DNA from: Zootoca vivipara
Lineage: Eukaryota
Assembly: GCF_963506605.1 (NCBI RefSeq)
Contig: NC_083276.1
Coordinates: 82,274,001-82,338,000, forward strand
Direction: 5' to 3'
Length of the DNA stretch: 64,000 nt
Part shown: positions 61,771-64,000 of the stretch, in pieces
Numbering within the stretch: the first letter of the stretch is position 1
Layout of the letters: the number at the start of each line of letters is the position of its first letter
The notes under the pieces: model-generated
Seen by the model: the letters and a program-made list of their open reading frames with translations, nothing else
Told to the model about the DNA's origin: nothing
The model's database searches: none
Translations under genes and position numbers: made by a program

Positions 61771-63762
61771 GATTTTGATAATTTTGATGATTTTGATGAT
61801 GATGATGACATTTCACTCTTTCTCTCTCTGGAATTCTGCTCGACAGCGCCATTTCACCTCATTTTCCATTAAGAGGCAAAAAAATTAATGAGCTGCCTTC
61901 AGGAGGGATTAAAGTCTGAAAAAGTCATGTATGGGGAAGCTCAATATCCTATCAGCTGTTTATCTTACAGCAGCCAAACAAAAGTGCTCCATAATAAATT
62001 GCAAGGTACTGTAGTCTCTTGCAAATTCAGATCAGAATAGACATTCTATTTATGCTAAGAATTCTGAAAGAACAGGACTGCTGAGAGAATAACATTTGGA
62101 GGAAAAGCAATGTTAGGAACCAAGTGTCACTAGAAAGATTGGTGGAGAAAGAAAATGGAACAGAGCTTCTTATGGTGCCCATATAGTACCAACAACCAGG
62201 GGGCCTGGCATTCAGATTAAGGGCACTTTTGTAGCTTATTTTAGAGTTGAGGGGAGAAAACATTATTGCAATTTATCAGATCGCTGTGATTCAACACATC
62301 AAGTTTGCTTTAATATTATTTTACATCTTACATGAACTTGCTGATCTATCTGCCTCTCTCTGACTGCAACAGAGTACCACAGCTGTTTATGCAGAAGCTG
62401 CACAGAGCTTATTTCCAAAGGTATGTAAAAGTATACAAAAGTGCACTTTATGCTGTGCTTTCTTGTGTTAGTATAGATAGAAGTACAGTATGTGAAATGA
62501 AAGAAATGACCTGCATGGATTCTTTGACAGTTCATAGCACAAGAGTAAATATTTCCCAAGTAGATGCAGTGATAATTCAATTTAACAGTCTTAAATACCA
62601 TCCATACTCAGAAATAAGTCCTACTGTGTTCAGTGGGGTTTACTCCTATGTGATCATAGAACTGTAGTTGGAAGGAACCCTGAGCATCACCTAGTCCAAC
62701 TCCCTGCAATGGAGGAATCTCAACTATGCTCTTTTAATACAAATTGGTTTGCAAAGATTCCAACTGGATTTGTTTTTCCAGCACTCACAATTTTAGATGG
62801 TGTTGGGTTTGTTGGCTTTTTAAAGTAGAAGTATGCCTACAGCAGGATCAATGTAAGAGGCACACCCTGTACTAGAAGCAATTCATGATTCTGAGCACTC
62901 ACACTGTATCTAATATAGACAGCTCCCTGCAGAGATTGACAATGCTTCCCCAAATCATCTATGCCTTCCAGATGTCGTTGGACTACAGCTTTCATTATAT
63001 CCTTGTTCACTGACCTCAGCCCACATCTCTAGTTGTGCAGATAGGTAACTTTAAACATGGACTTAGTGGTCTTACAAATACCTCCTCTTTAGATGGTGAT
63101 TTCATTTCTTTAAAATATGACAAGCCCGACTTGGTGCATTTAGGATTCCGCTTGCTCATTCTACTGTGTGGTGCCTTGGACTTTTGCCCCAGACTCCTGC
63201 CCTGAGGAGACTGCTGCCTATCACACCAAAGTTGAGCACAAAACCTCCATCCAATTCGGCAACTCACCTCCAACTGTGGCCCACTCGTTTGGGATGGGGA
63301 GCCCACAAAGAAGGCACGGGGAGGGTGGCCATTCCCTGGTCTTTTGCACAAGCATCTGATAACCAGATACATAATGCTGCTTCTGTAATTGACGTTTCAG
63401 ATTAGCTGCAGACAGTACAATCCTATGAATGTTTAGGAATCCGGAAGTAGGTCTCAGTGCATTCAATGAAATTTGCTCCCTTGTAAGTTTGCATAAGATT
63501 GCAGAATAAAAGCATAGCAAACCTGTTAGTCTCTAAGATGCTACATTAAACTGTTTGTTGGTTTGAGTTCAAGGCTCCAGCAAACTATGCCGGAAGGTCT
63601 TGTCCTTCAAGCATGCATAAAACGTTCAGTTAAAGTAATGCAAGCTCATAGTCACCCCTACCACTGTTGGCAAGGAATTCCATACATTGGTTGTAAAGTA
63701 TTGCTTTACCTGTGCCGTGCTTTGGTATTTTTTTTCAGATCTGGACAATTCACCTGGGTGCA

Positions 63763-64000
63763 ATGTCTGAAGAAAACTCCACAACAGTGGTCAGTGAGTT
63801 TGCCTTTGTAGGATTAACAAACAATCCTACACTACGAACTAGTCTCTTTTTGGTGTTCCTGGTTATTTATATGATCACCTTGGTTGAAAATCTAGGAATG
63901 ATTGTCTTAATAAGGGCCAGTCCCCGGCTCCACACTCCAATGTACTTCTTTCTCAGCAGCCTGTCTTTCCTGGATGTATGCTTCTCTTCTGTGTTTGCTC
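63763..64000 (+). CDS. Olfactory receptor, family 5-like, 5' part only (runs off the window)
   Basis: [22 protein letters not shown]...[38 protein letters not shown]; acceptor tttttttcag at 63738; missed by the ORF track. Confidence 0.93.
   Translation, partial: MSEENSTTVVSEFAFVGLTNNPTLRTSLFLVFLVIYMITLVENLGMIVLIRASPRLHTPMYFFLSSLSFLDVCFSSVFA

Overview
Vertebrate genomic DNA, most likely a lacertid lizard (inferred from Sauria SINEs, BovB, squamate CR1/L2, and hAT and Tc1/mariner MITEs). It is part of a class II olfactory receptor (OR) cluster with ten OR loci: seven intact ORFs, two disrupted copies (a ~71-bp deletion and a 1-bp frameshift), and one gene running off the right edge. From recalled mammalian protein sequences, several look like orthologs of OR5AR1, OR5AP2, OR5M and OR5R1/OR8U3, in the order recalled for human 11q12.1; this needs confirmation by search. 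Intergenic DNA is dense with transposons, many with target-site duplications (TSDs). The most notable observations are: (1) a 172-bp inverted repeat bracketing an OR promoter/first-exon-like module that is a paralog of the one upstream of the OR5AP2-like gene and lies between two divergent ORs; (2) an intronless NUDT21 fragment fused to an L2 3' end; (3) a head-to-head OR5M pair with gene-conversion-like mosaicism; (4) a 2.1-kb composite hAT element; (5) a mariner-type MITE with an atypical 16-bp duplication at a BovB 5' junction. There are two assembly gaps (11813-12005, 50125-50279). No rRNA, tRNA gene or CRISPR array was seen.
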